A stretch of DNA of 64,000 nucleotides from Flavobacteriales bacterium (GCA_965660305.1 CBFHZD010000003.1:67379-131378); one strand, 5' to 3'; shown: positions 20,713-30,712, counted from the stretch's first letter. The notes: a model not told the origin generated them from the letters alone. Numbers and translations are program-made.

Positions 20713-22365
20713 ATGTACGACCTAAATCAATTAGAGGGTAAACTATTACCTGAGTTAAAAGAAATTGCAAAAGACCTCAAAATCAAAAAATTAAATCAGA
20801 AAAAACAAGATTTAATTTATGCAATTTTAGATGAACAAGCTTTACAACCATCCACAGTAAAACGTAAAGAACCAAAGGCAGCGAAATCTGCTCCGAAAAA
20901 AATCGAAAAGCCGGAAGAATCAAAATCAGTTGTGAAAACAGAGAAAAAAACTGTTTCTGACGAGAACAAGACCTCAAGTGAGGAGAAAAAAGAAGTTCCG
21001 AGAGAAAAAAGACCTAAAAACAATCCAAGAAAGAGAAAGTCTGAAAACTCTGCTCCAACTAAAGCGGATTTGAACAACCCAAATAATCCTCATTACAAAA
21101 AGAAAAATTCTGAAAATGACGATTCGCCAGCTACTCATGCAAAAGTAAATGCAGAAAAACCTGTCAATAGAAAAAACAATAACAACCCAAATAATCAGAA
21201 TAGAAACAAGTCAAAGAAAAATCCTGCAGAACTGCACGGATATAATTTTGATGGGTTAATTAAAACTGAAGGAGTTCTAGAGTTGATGAATGACGGTTAT
21301 GGATTTCTTCGTTCTTCGGATTATAACTATTTAAGTTCTCCAGATGACGTGTATGTTTCTGTGCAACAAGTGAAGTTATATGGACTAAAGACTGGTGACA
21401 CCGTCTTTGGTGATATCAGACCACCAAGAGAAGGTGAAAAGTACTTCCCTTTATTAAGTATTGACAAGGTAAATGGACGAGAACCATCTTACATCAGAGA
21501 TAGAATTCCTTTTGAACATTTAACTCCTTTGTTTCCAGATGAAAAACTTCATATAACTGGTCATACCAAAGAAACTATGTCCACAAGAATTATGGATTTG
21601 TTTTCGCCAATTGGAAAGGGGCAAAGAGGAATGATTGTGGCGCAGCCAAAAACTGGTAAAACAGTTTTGTTAAAAGACATAGCCAATGCAATTGCTGAGA
21701 ATCATCCAGAGGTATATTTAATTATATTACTGATTGATGAAAGACCTGAAGAGGTGACAGACATGGCAAGAAATGTAAATGCTGAAGTCGTTTCTTCTAC
21801 CTTTGATGAGCCAGCGGAAAGACACGTAAAAGTGGCTAATATTGTGCTTGAAAAAGCAAAAAGAATGGTGGAATGTGGACACGATGTTTGTATTTTATTA
21901 GATTCCATAACAAGATTGGCAAGAGCTTACAATACAGTTTCGCCATCATCAGGTAAAGTTTTGTCGGGTGGTGTAGATGCCAATGCGTTACATAAACCAA
22001 AAAGATTTTTTGGAGCTGCGCGTAAAATTGAAAATGGGGGCTCATTATCCATCATTGCAACGGCTCTTACCGATACAGGTTCTAAAATGGATGAGGTTAT
22101 TTTTGAAGAATTTAAAGGAACTGGAAACATGGAACTTCAATTGGATAGAAAAATTGCTAATAGAAGAATTTATCCAGCTATTGACATTACCGCTTCTGGA
22201 ACGAGAAGAGAAGATTTGTTAATGAGCAAAGAAGCTCTACAAAGAATGTGGATTATGAGAAAATACCTAGCGGATATGAATCCAATTGAGGCTATGGAAT
22301 TCATGAAAGACAGAATGAAAAACACAAAGACAAACGAAGAGTTTTTGCAATCAATGAATGGATAG
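20713..22365 (+). CDS. rho: Transcription termination factor Rho with N-terminal low-complexity insertion
   Basis: [54 protein letters not shown]. Confidence 0.98.
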   Translation: MYDLNQLEGKLLPELKEIAKDLKIKKLNQKKQDLIYAILDEQALQPSTVKRKEPKAAKSAPKKIEKPEESKSVVKTEKKTVSDENKTSSEEKKEVPREKRPKNNPRKRKSENSAPTKADLNNPNNPHYKKKNSENDDSPATHAKVNAEKPVNRKNNNNPNNQNRNKSKKNPAELHGYNFDGLIKTEGVLELMNDGYGFLRSSDYNYLSSPDDVYVSVQQVKLYGLKTGDTVFGDIRPPREGEKYFPLLSIDKVNGREPSYIRDRIPFEHLTPLFPDEKLHITGHTKETMSTRIMDLFSPIGKGQRGMIVAQPKTGKTVLLKDIANAIAENHPEVYLIILLIDERPEEVTDMARNVNAEVVSSTFDEPAERHVKVANIVLEKAKRMVECGHDVCILLDSITRLARAYNTVSPSSGKVLSGGVDANALHKPKRFFGAARKIENGGSLSIIATALTDTGSKMDEVIFEEFKGTGNMELQLDRKIANRRIYPAIDITASGTRREDLLMSKEALQRMWIMRKYLADMNPIEAMEFMKDRMKNTKTNEEFLQSMNG

Positions 22366-22906
22366 AATGAAAAGGAAAAAAGTTTCGGTGCCTGTGGCCT
22401 TTGCGGCTGTCTGGATTTTAATTTTATTAATTCTCAACGCTTTGAAAGTCCCACATCATTTTAGAATAGGGATTTATTTAAATTTATTCTTTATTCTTGG
22501 CGTGATAGGTATCTCTATGTTTTTGCAAATAAAAAATGAGAAAAAACTGCATGCTTTCCCTGTGAACTTTAAAAACAGTCTCAAAAAAGCAGGAACCTAT
22601 ACTATACTTATCACAGGTTTCTTGTTTCTCTATCTTAAATTTATAAACCCTATGTTTCTTGAGAGTTTAAAAAACTCAAGAATAGAGCAGGAGTTGGCTA
22701 AAGATTGGAGTCAAGTTCAGGCGAGTAGTCCCATCTTTGAGGCTATGACAAGAGAGGAATTTATTGAAAAGGCAACATCGAGCAATGAAATACTAAGTTC
22801 GGTGTCTTTGAATTTAAGTTTTTACTTTTTGGGGTTATTCTTTATCTCTCTGTTTTACTCTATTCTTGTACCCATTTTTTACAAAAAAATAATACTAAGA
22901 ATGTAG
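22358..22906 (+). CDS. DUF4199-like membrane protein
   Basis: Four hydrophobic segments, YLKFINPMF; overlaps the rho stop. Confidence 0.6.
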   Translation: MDRMKRKKVSVPVAFAAVWILILLILNALKVPHHFRIGIYLNLFFILGVIGISMFLQIKNEKKLHAFPVNFKNSLKKAGTYTILITGFLFLYLKFINPMFLESLKNSRIEQELAKDWSQVQASSPIFEAMTREEFIEKATSSNEILSSVSLNLSFYFLGLFFISLFYSILVPIFYKKIILRM

Positions 22907-22928
22907 TAGGTTACTGCTGTAAAAAGTT

Positions 22929-22965
22929 AAAAAGTCGTTGGGCAATTGCTCAACGACTTTTTTTT
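22929..22965. terminator. Intrinsic (likely bidirectional) terminator
   Basis: AAAAAGTCGTTGGGCA-at-TGCTCAACGACTTTTT plus T-tract. Confidence 0.85.
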
Positions 22966-22993
22966 GATAGTAAAAACACCTTAAAAATAACCA

Positions 22994-23217
22994 TCATCTG
23001 CTATTACCATTTATGTTCTCCCATTTACAGATTGAAATTATTGGAGCTTTTATCCAAGCTTCAATGCTTCTGGCTCCTGAACCTCCCGATATTCCGGAAT
23101 ACGTGGTTTGAACAAAATCATTTAATCCGTCAAAATTTAAAGAAACATTTTGGCCAAATAGATTATTAGATGACAAAAACAATGCAACTGATACAATTTA
23201 CAATTTAAGTGTTTTAT
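22994..23217 (-). pseudogene. Truncated remnant of a fourth LamG/T9SS paralogue
   Basis: Reads KTLKL*IVSVALFLSSNNLFGQNVSLNFDGLNDFVQTTYSGISGGSGARSIEAWIK, matching the paralogue N-termini; in-frame TAA at 23198-23200; no ATG. Confidence 0.8.
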
Positions 23218-23226
23218 CTGGTTTTT

Positions 23227-24753
23227 TTATTGTTTAATTATTCTTACTCGAGAAACTTCATTGTTACTTTTAACCTCTAGGATATAAATCCCCTTTGACA
23301 AATTACTAATTTCAATTCTATTGTTGTTCACGTTTTTTGATAAAATTAAGTTTCCTTTTAAGTCCAATATGTTTACCGATTTTATGGTTTTATCCGTCTT
23401 GAGTTCAACATAATCATTTGCAGGATTTGGAAAAACCGAAATTCGATTCAAATGATTTTCCTGAATTCCTGTTAAACTAATTGAAACACAATCTGATGTA
23501 TCTACACAAGCTCCTCTTTTTACAATCACAGCATAATCACCAGGTTGCGCAGCAATAATAAATCTATTTGTTTCACCAAGAATAGGAGCGAAGCCACTGT
23601 CACATCTCACCCATTGATGATCTGCCCAAGTATCCCAAGAGGTAATTCTCCCTCCAACCCTGTATACAGAATCATCAACAGCAGACGATATGACAATGTC
23701 ATAACGAATCGTTGTGTCGCAAGATCCTGAACTAGAAATGGTATCGAAATAGGTTCCTGAACTCGTAATTAATTTACCCATTGCCGTTCTGTAATTTAAA
23801 CAGCTCGTATCATTCACCGTATTTTGAATAATCGCAGGAGGAAAGGTGATGTTGTATGCAATAAGGCTGTCACAAGGCGAAGAACTTGGCAAAGTGTCGT
23901 AGTAGGTTCCTGCTGTTGTTACCACAGTACCATTTGGCATGGTATAGGACCCGCAAGCTGATACAGATAAAGAGTTTAACACACTTCCAGGTGTAAGTGG
24001 TCGGCCAGCAACCCAGTTAGAAGAAGAACCTGTATAGGCAAAATTACTTAGCGTTCCTACGTTACCATTTCCAGATAAGTCTGTAAGAGCGGTTACACTT
24101 GTATTAGTACCACTAGCAATTCCATGATTAAATCTATAGTAGGCTTTTACACTTGAAGGAATCACGCACAATTCATTATTCATATTAGTTGCAATTTCCG
24201 ACTCAGAACGTACCGAATTCCAAATTCTTACTTCATCAATTCGTCCAGCAAAATTTCTGCTTCCAGCATAAATCGGAGCAAATCCAATTCCTAAATTACT
24301 AGAAGAATTGAAAATAGAGATTGTTTTTGGAATGGAGTCTACAATTACTCCATTAAGGTAAATTCTCATGTATGAACCATCATAGGTTCCAGCAACGTGT
24401 TGCCAGGTATTGAGGGCAAGAATAGGACCAGAAGTTATTTCATTCCAAGGGCCAGGACCACTTCCAATATTGAAATTCAGTCTTCCGCCATTTCCACATC
24501 TCAGCATGTAGCCACCGCCATTTAAAGATTCTCTATTGATTATATTGCCTTGCCAAATTTGAGTTTTCCATGAAGTTGGGTAAATCCATGCTTCTAGAGT
24601 TAGAGCTGTTCCTGTAATTTGAACGGAAGTATTATTCCCGCAATCAACTTGATCGTTACTGCCATCAAAACTTAATGCGTTTTGAGCAGAGACTGAAGAA
24701 AACTGGAATAAAAATAAAAAGCTAAGTACTACATAATTTTTTAACATAAGCAT
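23227..24753 (-). CDS. LamG-like jellyroll protein with Cys-bounded stalk repeats and T9SS type A CTD (paralogue A)
   Basis: Signal peptide ..VSAQ, ALSFDG, TLEAWI, WQHVAGTYDG, GRIDEVRIW, FPNPA..GIYILEV..RIIKQ; start 24753 or 24747. Confidence 0.88.
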   Translation of the reverse strand: MLMLKNYVVLSFLFLFQFSSVSAQNALSFDGSNDQVDCGNNTSVQITGTALTLEAWIYPTSWKTQIWQGNIINRESLNGGGYMLRCGNGGRLNFNIGSGPGPWNEITSGPILALNTWQHVAGTYDGSYMRIYLNGVIVDSIPKTISIFNSSSNLGIGFAPIYAGSRNFAGRIDEVRIWNSVRSESEIATNMNNELCVIPSSVKAYYRFNHGIASGTNTSVTALTDLSGNGNVGTLSNFAYTGSSSNWVAGRPLTPGSVLNSLSVSACGSYTMPNGTVVTTAGTYYDTLPSSSPCDSLIAYNITFPPAIIQNTVNDTSCLNYRTAMGKLITSSGTYFDTISSSGSCDTTIRYDIVISSAVDDSVYRVGGRITSWDTWADHQWVRCDSGFAPILGETNRFIIAAQPGDYAVIVKRGACVDTSDCVSISLTGIQENHLNRISVFPNPANDYVELKTDKTIKSVNILDLKGNLILSKNVNNNRIEISNLSKGIYILEVKSNNEVSRVRIIKQ

Positions 24754-24829
24754 TGATTCAGGGATTAACGAATGCAAGATACTCATTTTGAGTTAAAAGC
24801 AAAAATTATGCTGTCGAGCCTATTTAAAA

Positions 24830-25660
24830 TTAGGCGGTTTTAAATATGGTAATCATAAAATCGCAGTTAATCGTAATCGATTCGCACTGGTTGATTTTTT
24901 CCTGTGCCTCTTTACTGGTATTCCAATAATAAGGCGTCATTTTCAATAAGTTCATTAACATCTCAGAATCATTAATTTCAATGTCAAAAGATAGTCTTCG
25001 GTTTGAAGTGGACTTAAATTGACTTCCTATTTTTTCTTCAATGTTATACTCGTGTGGCCGAAAGGAATCGTAAATTAATTCGGCCAATTGCTTCATGTGA
25101 TTTTCTCCAGGACTCACAACAATTAAATAACCATCATCGCTCAAAACTCGGGAAAACTCATTTGAATCATTAGGTGAAAAAACGGACAAAATAAGATCTA
25201 TGCTGTTCGTTTTTACAGGTAAATCATAAATACTACTTACAAAATAGAAGTTCTTTTTATACTTTCCTGCAGCATGTCTTACTGCGTATTTCGATATGTC
25301 TGTTCCAATGATAGATGTTGCTAATCCTTGAAATTCACACAAGGCATGTTGGGAATAATAGCCCTCTCCACAACCTGAATCAAGAATAGACAATTCTTTT
25401 TTCTTAAACTTTAAATTGGATATCGCTCTTTTAATCTCATTCATCAACGGATTGTAAAATCCTGCCTCCAAAAACTCTCTTCTGGCCTTTACCATCATGT
25501 CATCGTCTCCGGGAGATTTTGATTTTTTTTTATTCACAGGAAGTAAATTAAGATATCCCTGTTTGGCCAAATCAAAATTATGTTTGTTTTCACATACATA
25601 ACTTCTATTTCCATCAAATTGAAGTGAGTTTTTACAAAAAGGGCAGCGAATGAGATGCAT
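24830..25660 (-). CDS. rlmA: 23S rRNA m1G745/m1G748 methyltransferase (RlmA family)
   Basis: CPFC..C..H zinc finger, FDLAKQGYLNLL, ARREFL, LDSGCGEGYY, MTPYYW. Confidence 0.88.
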   Translation of the reverse strand: MHLIRCPFCKNSLQFDGNRSYVCENKHNFDLAKQGYLNLLPVNKKKSKSPGDDDMMVKARREFLEAGFYNPLMNEIKRAISNLKFKKKELSILDSGCGEGYYSQHALCEFQGLATSIIGTDISKYAVRHAAGKYKKNFYFVSSIYDLPVKTNSIDLILSVFSPNDSNEFSRVLSDDGYLIVVSPGENHMKQLAELIYDSFRPHEYNIEEKIGSQFKSTSNRRLSFDIEINDSEMLMNLLKMTPYYWNTSKEAQEKINQCESITINCDFMITIFKTA

Positions 25661-25917
25661 TTATTTTCCGTTTTCTACAAAATTAATAAACTCTTCCTCA
25701 TAATTTTCATTTTATCGCTCAGAACTTCTGCGTTAGTTTTGTAGGAATTGTTTTCGTATAAATCTAAAATTTTTGATTCGAGGTTTAACTCTTTTATTTT
25801 TCCAATATTTATTCCTTCTGGCCCTAGTTATCTCTAAGCTTTTTGTAGGATTTCGACCATTGCAATAAAAGGCTCAATGTCTCCTCTAGAACCTATTGCT
25901 ATTAAAATAACTTTCAT
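25661..25917 (-). pseudogene. Internally deleted GT1 (sterol/UDP-glycosyltransferase, GT28 N-terminal-type) pseudogene
   Basis: My translation: MKVILIAIGSRGDIEPFIAMVEILQKA*R*LGPEGINIGKIKELNLESKILDLYENNSYKTNAEVLSDKMK, then frameshift to NYEEEFINFVENGK*; ATGA overlap upstream; stop abuts the rlmA ATG. Confidence 0.8.
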
Positions 25918-26594
25918 CTTAATAGGTCGTTTTTATCGTAATCTGGTGTGCTCAAATACGTTTTCATGGATAAATAACCTTTGCTTCTTATGTCTATATA
26001 AATTTCCTCAATCCCTTCTGGAATTTCGTCCTCAAACAACCAATTTACATCAAATCCATTCTGTATTGCAGTTCGTGTTAGGTGTTTGTTGTCGTTTATT
26101 AAATGTCCTAATTTTTCTAAACCCTCCTTGTATTCCAGATGGTAATCTTCATGCAGTTTCGTAATGCCAATAAGTATTTTAAAGGTTTTGGTAAGAATAA
26201 AAAGACATAATTTCCGAGCTTGGCCGGGAGTTGTTTTATTCAAATTTGCATTAAACGTTTCAAGTGTTTCTACCAAAAGAATAAGAGTCAAATAGGAATC
26301 TCCCATTTTGTCCTTGGTGATTTTTACATGATTATTAATGAGTTTGACAACACTTCTCATTCGTTTTATCAAATAACTTGGCGTGTACCTTTTTGTGGCA
26401 AAATAAGCCACTTTTTCGATGATAACTTCTTCTATTTTTTGTTGGTGGTCATCTACTGAATCTGCATCAATTAAATTAAAATACAGCTCTTGGCTCATGA
26501 CCTTATTTTTTTTAAGCAAGGTGAGCAATAATTTGTCTTTCTCTGATTGAGGTAAACCGAGAATGGTATCTTTAAACTCTTTGTTGAATTTCAT
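25914..26594 (-). CDS. Hypothetical helical protein
   Basis: 226-aa ORF, EKDKLLLTLLKKN; no recognisable catalytic motif. Confidence 0.65.
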   Translation of the reverse strand: MKFNKEFKDTILGLPQSEKDKLLLTLLKKNKVMSQELYFNLIDADSVDDHQQKIEEVIIEKVAYFATKRYTPSYLIKRMRSVVKLINNHVKITKDKMGDSYLTLILLVETLETFNANLNKTTPGQARKLCLFILTKTFKILIGITKLHEDYHLEYKEGLEKLGHLINDNKHLTRTAIQNGFDVNWLFEDEIPEGIEEIYIDIRSKGYLSMKTYLSTPDYDKNDLLR

Positions 26595-26700
26595 TTAACC
26601 TAGATTTTTATTTGTTCACGATACATTAATAGTCTAAAAGACACTTGAGCTAATAAAAAGGACATCTGTCCTTGACATGAAATTATCTGTTTTTAAAACC

Positions 26701-27195
26701 CTACAAAGCTTTCAAAGCCTCTTCATAATTTGGTTCATCTACGATGTCCTTGCACAATTCGCTGTAGGTAATAGTTCCTGTTTCGTCAGTTACCATAACA
26801 CCTCTGGCATATAATCCAGCCAAAGCTCCATCTTCCATTTCTATACCTTTATTAGCAATAGATTTATGTCTAAAATCGGAGGTTGTAACAGCATTTTCTA
26901 TTCCTTTGTCGGCACAGAATCGTTTGAGTGCAAATGGCAAATCCATTGATGCAAAAACGAGCATTACATCGTCTCGGTCTTTTAGTTTGTTCGAAAAAGT
27001 ACCAAGTTGCATAGCGCAAACATCGGTGTCAACACTTGGAAAAATATTGAATACTACTTTTTTACCTTTCAAGTCTTCATTGGTTAATTCAGATAAATCA
27101 GCTTTTATAAGTCTGATTTCGGGTAATTTATCTCCTAATTTTGGGAATTCTCCTTTTGTGGAAATTGGTGTCCCTCCTAATCTTATATTGCTCAT
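26701..27195 (-). CDS. tpx: Thiol peroxidase (Tpx-type peroxiredoxin)
   Basis: FPSVDTDVCA, SMDLPFALKRFC, EPNYEEAL. Confidence 0.93.
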   Translation of the reverse strand: MSNIRLGGTPISTKGEFPKLGDKLPEIRLIKADLSELTNEDLKGKKVVFNIFPSVDTDVCAMQLGTFSNKLKDRDDVMLVFASMDLPFALKRFCADKGIENAVTTSDFRHKSIANKGIEMEDGALAGLYARGVMVTDETGTITYSELCKDIVDEPNYEEALKAL

Positions 27196-27292
27196 TGTAA
27201 TTATTTTTGATTTATATCAAATATACCAATTTATACCGTTAATTGTTTAAAAGAGCTCTACCATTAAACCCTGTTAATTTTCTGTTTCAATC

Positions 27293-27333
27293 AAAAAAAA
27301 ACTCAAAGTCTTGGCAATAGACTTTGAGTTTTT
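27293..27333 (-). terminator. Intrinsic terminator after LamG paralogue B
   Basis: A9 tract then CTCAAAGTCT..AGACTTTGAG hairpin; reads as stem plus U-tract on the minus strand. Confidence 0.85.
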
Positions 27334-27352
27334 GCATCAATTTTGTTTTGGA

Positions 27353-27973
27353 TTATTGTTTCACAAATCTTTTTAACGCTGTACCATTCTCAGTTTCTAT
27401 TTTAATGAAATACACTCCATTTTCTAAAGACTGAACATTTAAAGTTGAGTTACCTAAACTTCTTGTATTCATAACCATTTTACCCGATACATCGATAAGA
27501 GTAATGTTTGTGATTATTCTATCCTCCATGTTGTTGATGTTTAATTCAGCGGTTGTTGGATTTGGGTAAATCTCAAAATCATTATTAATCGAATTTTCGC
27601 TGATACTAGAAGGGTTTATGCTCACACAATCTGAGGTGTCTATACAACTCCCTCTTGTCACAATTACTGCATAATCTCCTGGAGACGTAACATCAATAAA
27701 TCTATTGGTCTCGCCAGCAATTGGCAAATTGTTACTGTCGCATCTTATCCATTGGTGATCTGCCCATGTATCATAAGAAGTAATTCTCCCTCCAACTCTG
27801 TACACAGAATCATCTACAGCCCCCGAAATTGTAATGTCATATTGAATTGTGGTATCGCAACCAGAGCCTATTGAAACTGTATCGAAATAAGTTCCGGTTA
27901 TATTTATGACTCTTCCCATAGGAGTGGTATAAGTTAAACAGCTTGTATCCGTTACAGTATTTATGATGATAGC
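27353..27973. repeat. Direct repeat copy 1 (about 620 bp; 3' part of paralogue B)
   Basis: Colinear with 28922-29542 at offset 1569; about 25 substitutions and no indels by manual count. Confidence 0.92.
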
Positions 27974-28891
27974 TGGAGGAAATGTTATGGTATACATATC
28001 TAAACTGTCGCAAGGCGCAGAGCTCGGTAGCGTATCGTAATAGGTTCCAGCCACTGTTATGACTGTTCCGTTTGGCATTGTGTAGGATCCACATGCCGAA
28101 ATAGTATTTGTGTTTACAATAGTTGCCCCTCCGCTTAAAGAGGTTCCAGCAATCCAATTGGATGAACTTCCAGTTCTAGAAAAACCTGTTAATATATTCG
28201 TGTTTGTTGGGTTAACTTCATCTACCAACGAAGTAATTGATGTGTTTGTTCCTCCAGCAGCTCCTTCGTTCATTTTAAAATACGCAACTAATCCGGCAGA
28301 TGTACCACACAATTCAGTATTGTAATTGGCTGAAATTTCGGCAGGTGTTAGCACCTTTGACCAAATTCTTACTTCGTCCAATTCTCCATTTAAATCTGTG
28401 GAAGGACTTAAGTCTGTTCTAATTCCTAAAGTTACAGGACTTGAGGAAGTGGCAGGGGTGTTTGGTGTGGCAACAGTTATATCACCTTGTGCATCAAGCA
28501 CTCCATCTACATATAATTTGTACTTATTGGTTGTTGCTGCACTGTCATAAGTTACGGTTAATTGATGCCACGCATTATCTCTTATGTTGGTTGACCCATT
28601 TAAACCGCCACCGCCAATTTCAATTCTAAGTACATTTGTATTGGTTTTAAAAGAAAATCTACTGCCAGTTCCAGTAAGTCCACCCATATCAACAAAAAAC
28701 TGTTGTTGAGAGGAGAAACTACCTTTGTACCAGCATTGAACGGATCTTGATGCTCCACCTGGTATTCCATTGAACCCCGTTCTGATGTAATCACCTAAAC
28801 CATCAAAATCCAGCGCTTTGTTTTGAGAATAAGTGAAATGCGAGAACATAATAGCCAGAATGGTTACTGTTGTTATAAGTGTATTTTTCAT
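27353..28891 (-). CDS. LamG-like jellyroll protein with stalk repeats and T9SS type A CTD (paralogue B)
   Basis: Signal peptide ..TYSQ, ALDFDG, WHQLTVTYD, GELDEVRIW, YPNPT..GVYFIKI..KRFVKQ. Confidence 0.9.
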   Translation of the reverse strand: MKNTLITTVTILAIMFSHFTYSQNKALDFDGLGDYIRTGFNGIPGGASRSVQCWYKGSFSSQQQFFVDMGGLTGTGSRFSFKTNTNVLRIEIGGGGLNGSTNIRDNAWHQLTVTYDSAATTNKYKLYVDGVLDAQGDITVATPNTPATSSSPVTLGIRTDLSPSTDLNGELDEVRIWSKVLTPAEISANYNTELCGTSAGLVAYFKMNEGAAGGTNTSITSLVDEVNPTNTNILTGFSRTGSSSNWIAGTSLSGGATIVNTNTISACGSYTMPNGTVITVAGTYYDTLPSSAPCDSLDMYTITFPPAIIINTVTDTSCLTYTTPMGRVINITGTYFDTVSIGSGCDTTIQYDITISGAVDDSVYRVGGRITSYDTWADHQWIRCDSNNLPIAGETNRFIDVTSPGDYAVIVTRGSCIDTSDCVSINPSSISENSINNDFEIYPNPTTAELNINNMEDRIITNITLIDVSGKMVMNTRSLGNSTLNVQSLENGVYFIKIETENGTALKRFVKQ

Positions 28892-28921
28892 ATTTAATGG
28901 GTTATTTAAGTTTAAAGTAGT

Positions 28922-29542
28922 TTATTGCTTTACAAATCTTTTTAATGCTGTACCATCCTCAGTTTCTATTTTAATGAAATACACTCCATTTTCTAAAGAC
29001 TGAACATTTAAAGTTGAGTTACCTAAACTTCTTGTATTCATAACCATTTTACCCGATACATCGATAAGAGTAATGTTTGTGATTATTCTATCCTCTATGT
29101 TGTTGATATTCAATACTGCGGTTGTAGGATTTGGGTAAATCTCAAAATCATCATTAATCGAATTTTCGCTGATACTAGAAGGGTTTATGTTCACACAATC
29201 TGAGGTGTCTATACAACTCCCTCTTGTCACAATTACTGCATAATCTCCTGGAGACGTAACATCAATAAATCTATTGGTTTCGCCAGCAATTGGCAAATTG
29301 TTACTGTCGCATCTTATCCATTGGTGATCTGCCCATGTATCGTAAGAAGTAATTCTCCCTCCAACTCTATACACAGAATCATCTACAGCCCCCGAAATTG
29401 TAATATCATATTGAATTGTGGTATCGCAACCAGAGCCTGATGAAACTGTGTCGAAATAAGTTCCGGTTGTATTTATGACTCTTCCCATAGGAGTGGTATA
29501 TGTTACACAGCCTGTATCCGTCACAGTATTTATGATGGTAGC
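28922..29542. repeat. Direct repeat copy 2 (about 620 bp; 3' part of paralogue C)
   Basis: Near-identical to 27353-27973. Confidence 0.92.
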
Positions 29543-30430
29543 AGATGTAAAACTTACAACGTAACTATTAATCGTATCGCAGGAAGCACTTGAACCAACA
29601 GTATCAAAATAAGTTCCAGGACTTGTTACCACAGTTCCGCTGGGTAGGGTATATGAACCACAACTAGTAACTGGAACTGTATTAGCTAAAACAACTGGTA
29701 CAATGTTTTTTCCTAGCACCCAATTTGATGCACTTCCTGACAAAGCAAATCCTGTTAAGGTTCCATTGTTTGTTCCTGCATCGTCAATTGCAGAAGTCAC
29801 TGTCGTATTTGTACCTCCTGCGGTTCCTTGGTTAAATCTATAATAAGCTTTTAATGCGCTCGGAGCAGAGCAAAACTCACTGTTCATTGTCGAAGCAATT
29901 TCTGTTTGCGTTCTTGCTACGTCCCAAACTCTTACTTCGTCAATGGATCCCGGAAAAGTTATAGATCCACCACTAACCCTATTACCAATTCTAAAGTTAT
30001 CCCAACCTCCAGGCGTATTAACTAGAGGAAGTGGCCCTGAACCAACCTGTACTCCATTAACATAGAAATAACCAGTCCCACTGTTTAAAACAAAAGCAAC
30101 ATGTGTCCATGCCCCAACAGGCACGACACTAACATTAGATGTAATATTATTTGCTCCAGAAAGGTAAACCAAACTTCTATTGGCATTTACACCAAATGTG
30201 TTTCTTGAATACGCAGCATTTCTGCCATAATCCATGATGCATTTATTTGCAGTTGGGGTTGTATTTAAATAAATCCAGGCTTCAAATGTTCGAGCGTTAG
30301 ATCCCAGAACTCCCGAATAAGTGGTCTGGACTACATCATTAGTTCCATCGAAATTTAAGGCGTTTTGTGAATAGTTACGATTAATAAACAAAAACAGGAG
30401 AATGGAAATGGAGAATACTATTTTTTTCAT
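28922..30430 (-). CDS. LamG-like jellyroll protein with stalk repeats and T9SS type A CTD (paralogue C)
   Basis: Signal peptide ..NYSQ, ALNFDG, TFEAWI, WTHVAFV, GSIDEVRVW, YPNPT..KRFVKQ. Confidence 0.9.
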   Translation of the reverse strand: MKKIVFSISILLFLFINRNYSQNALNFDGTNDVVQTTYSGVLGSNARTFEAWIYLNTTPTANKCIMDYGRNAAYSRNTFGVNANRSLVYLSGANNITSNVSVVPVGAWTHVAFVLNSGTGYFYVNGVQVGSGPLPLVNTPGGWDNFRIGNRVSGGSITFPGSIDEVRVWDVARTQTEIASTMNSEFCSAPSALKAYYRFNQGTAGGTNTTVTSAIDDAGTNNGTLTGFALSGSASNWVLGKNIVPVVLANTVPVTSCGSYTLPSGTVVTSPGTYFDTVGSSASCDTINSYVVSFTSATIINTVTDTGCVTYTTPMGRVINTTGTYFDTVSSGSGCDTTIQYDITISGAVDDSVYRVGGRITSYDTWADHQWIRCDSNNLPIAGETNRFIDVTSPGDYAVIVTRGSCIDTSDCVNINPSSISENSINDDFEIYPNPTTAVLNINNIEDRIITNITLIDVSGKMVMNTRSLGNSTLNVQSLENGVYFIKIETEDGTALKRFVKQ

Positions 30431-30712
30431 TTGTTAAAATTTTAATTTATACTGTTTAAAACTACAATAAATTTTCTGTCTATTGAAACAAACTAATACT
30501 TTGTTTTTTATGTGGAAATCAGACTCTTATATGTAAAAGCATGATGTTCTTGTGAAATAGTTCGGCCAATTCATTATGTACAATAGCCTCAAAACAAAAT
30601 GGACTTCTGTTTTTTTTATTTTTTTTAGCTAAAAAAGCTTAGCCTTTAAACGTATAAATTAAATAATTCAGAATTCTTCTTTTTCTCGGTGTTTCGGGAT
30701 AAGTGATTTGCA

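Noticed and set aside
25877-26459. Plus-strand ORFs 25877-26164 and 26220-26459
   Set aside because: Antisense shadows of the 226-aa gene and the GT pseudogene, with no protein-like features
23227-30430. Diversity-generating retroelement (TR/VR pair) explaining the repeats
   Set aside because: No reverse transcriptase; both copies are coding 3' ends; mismatches are not adenine-specific and many are synonymous
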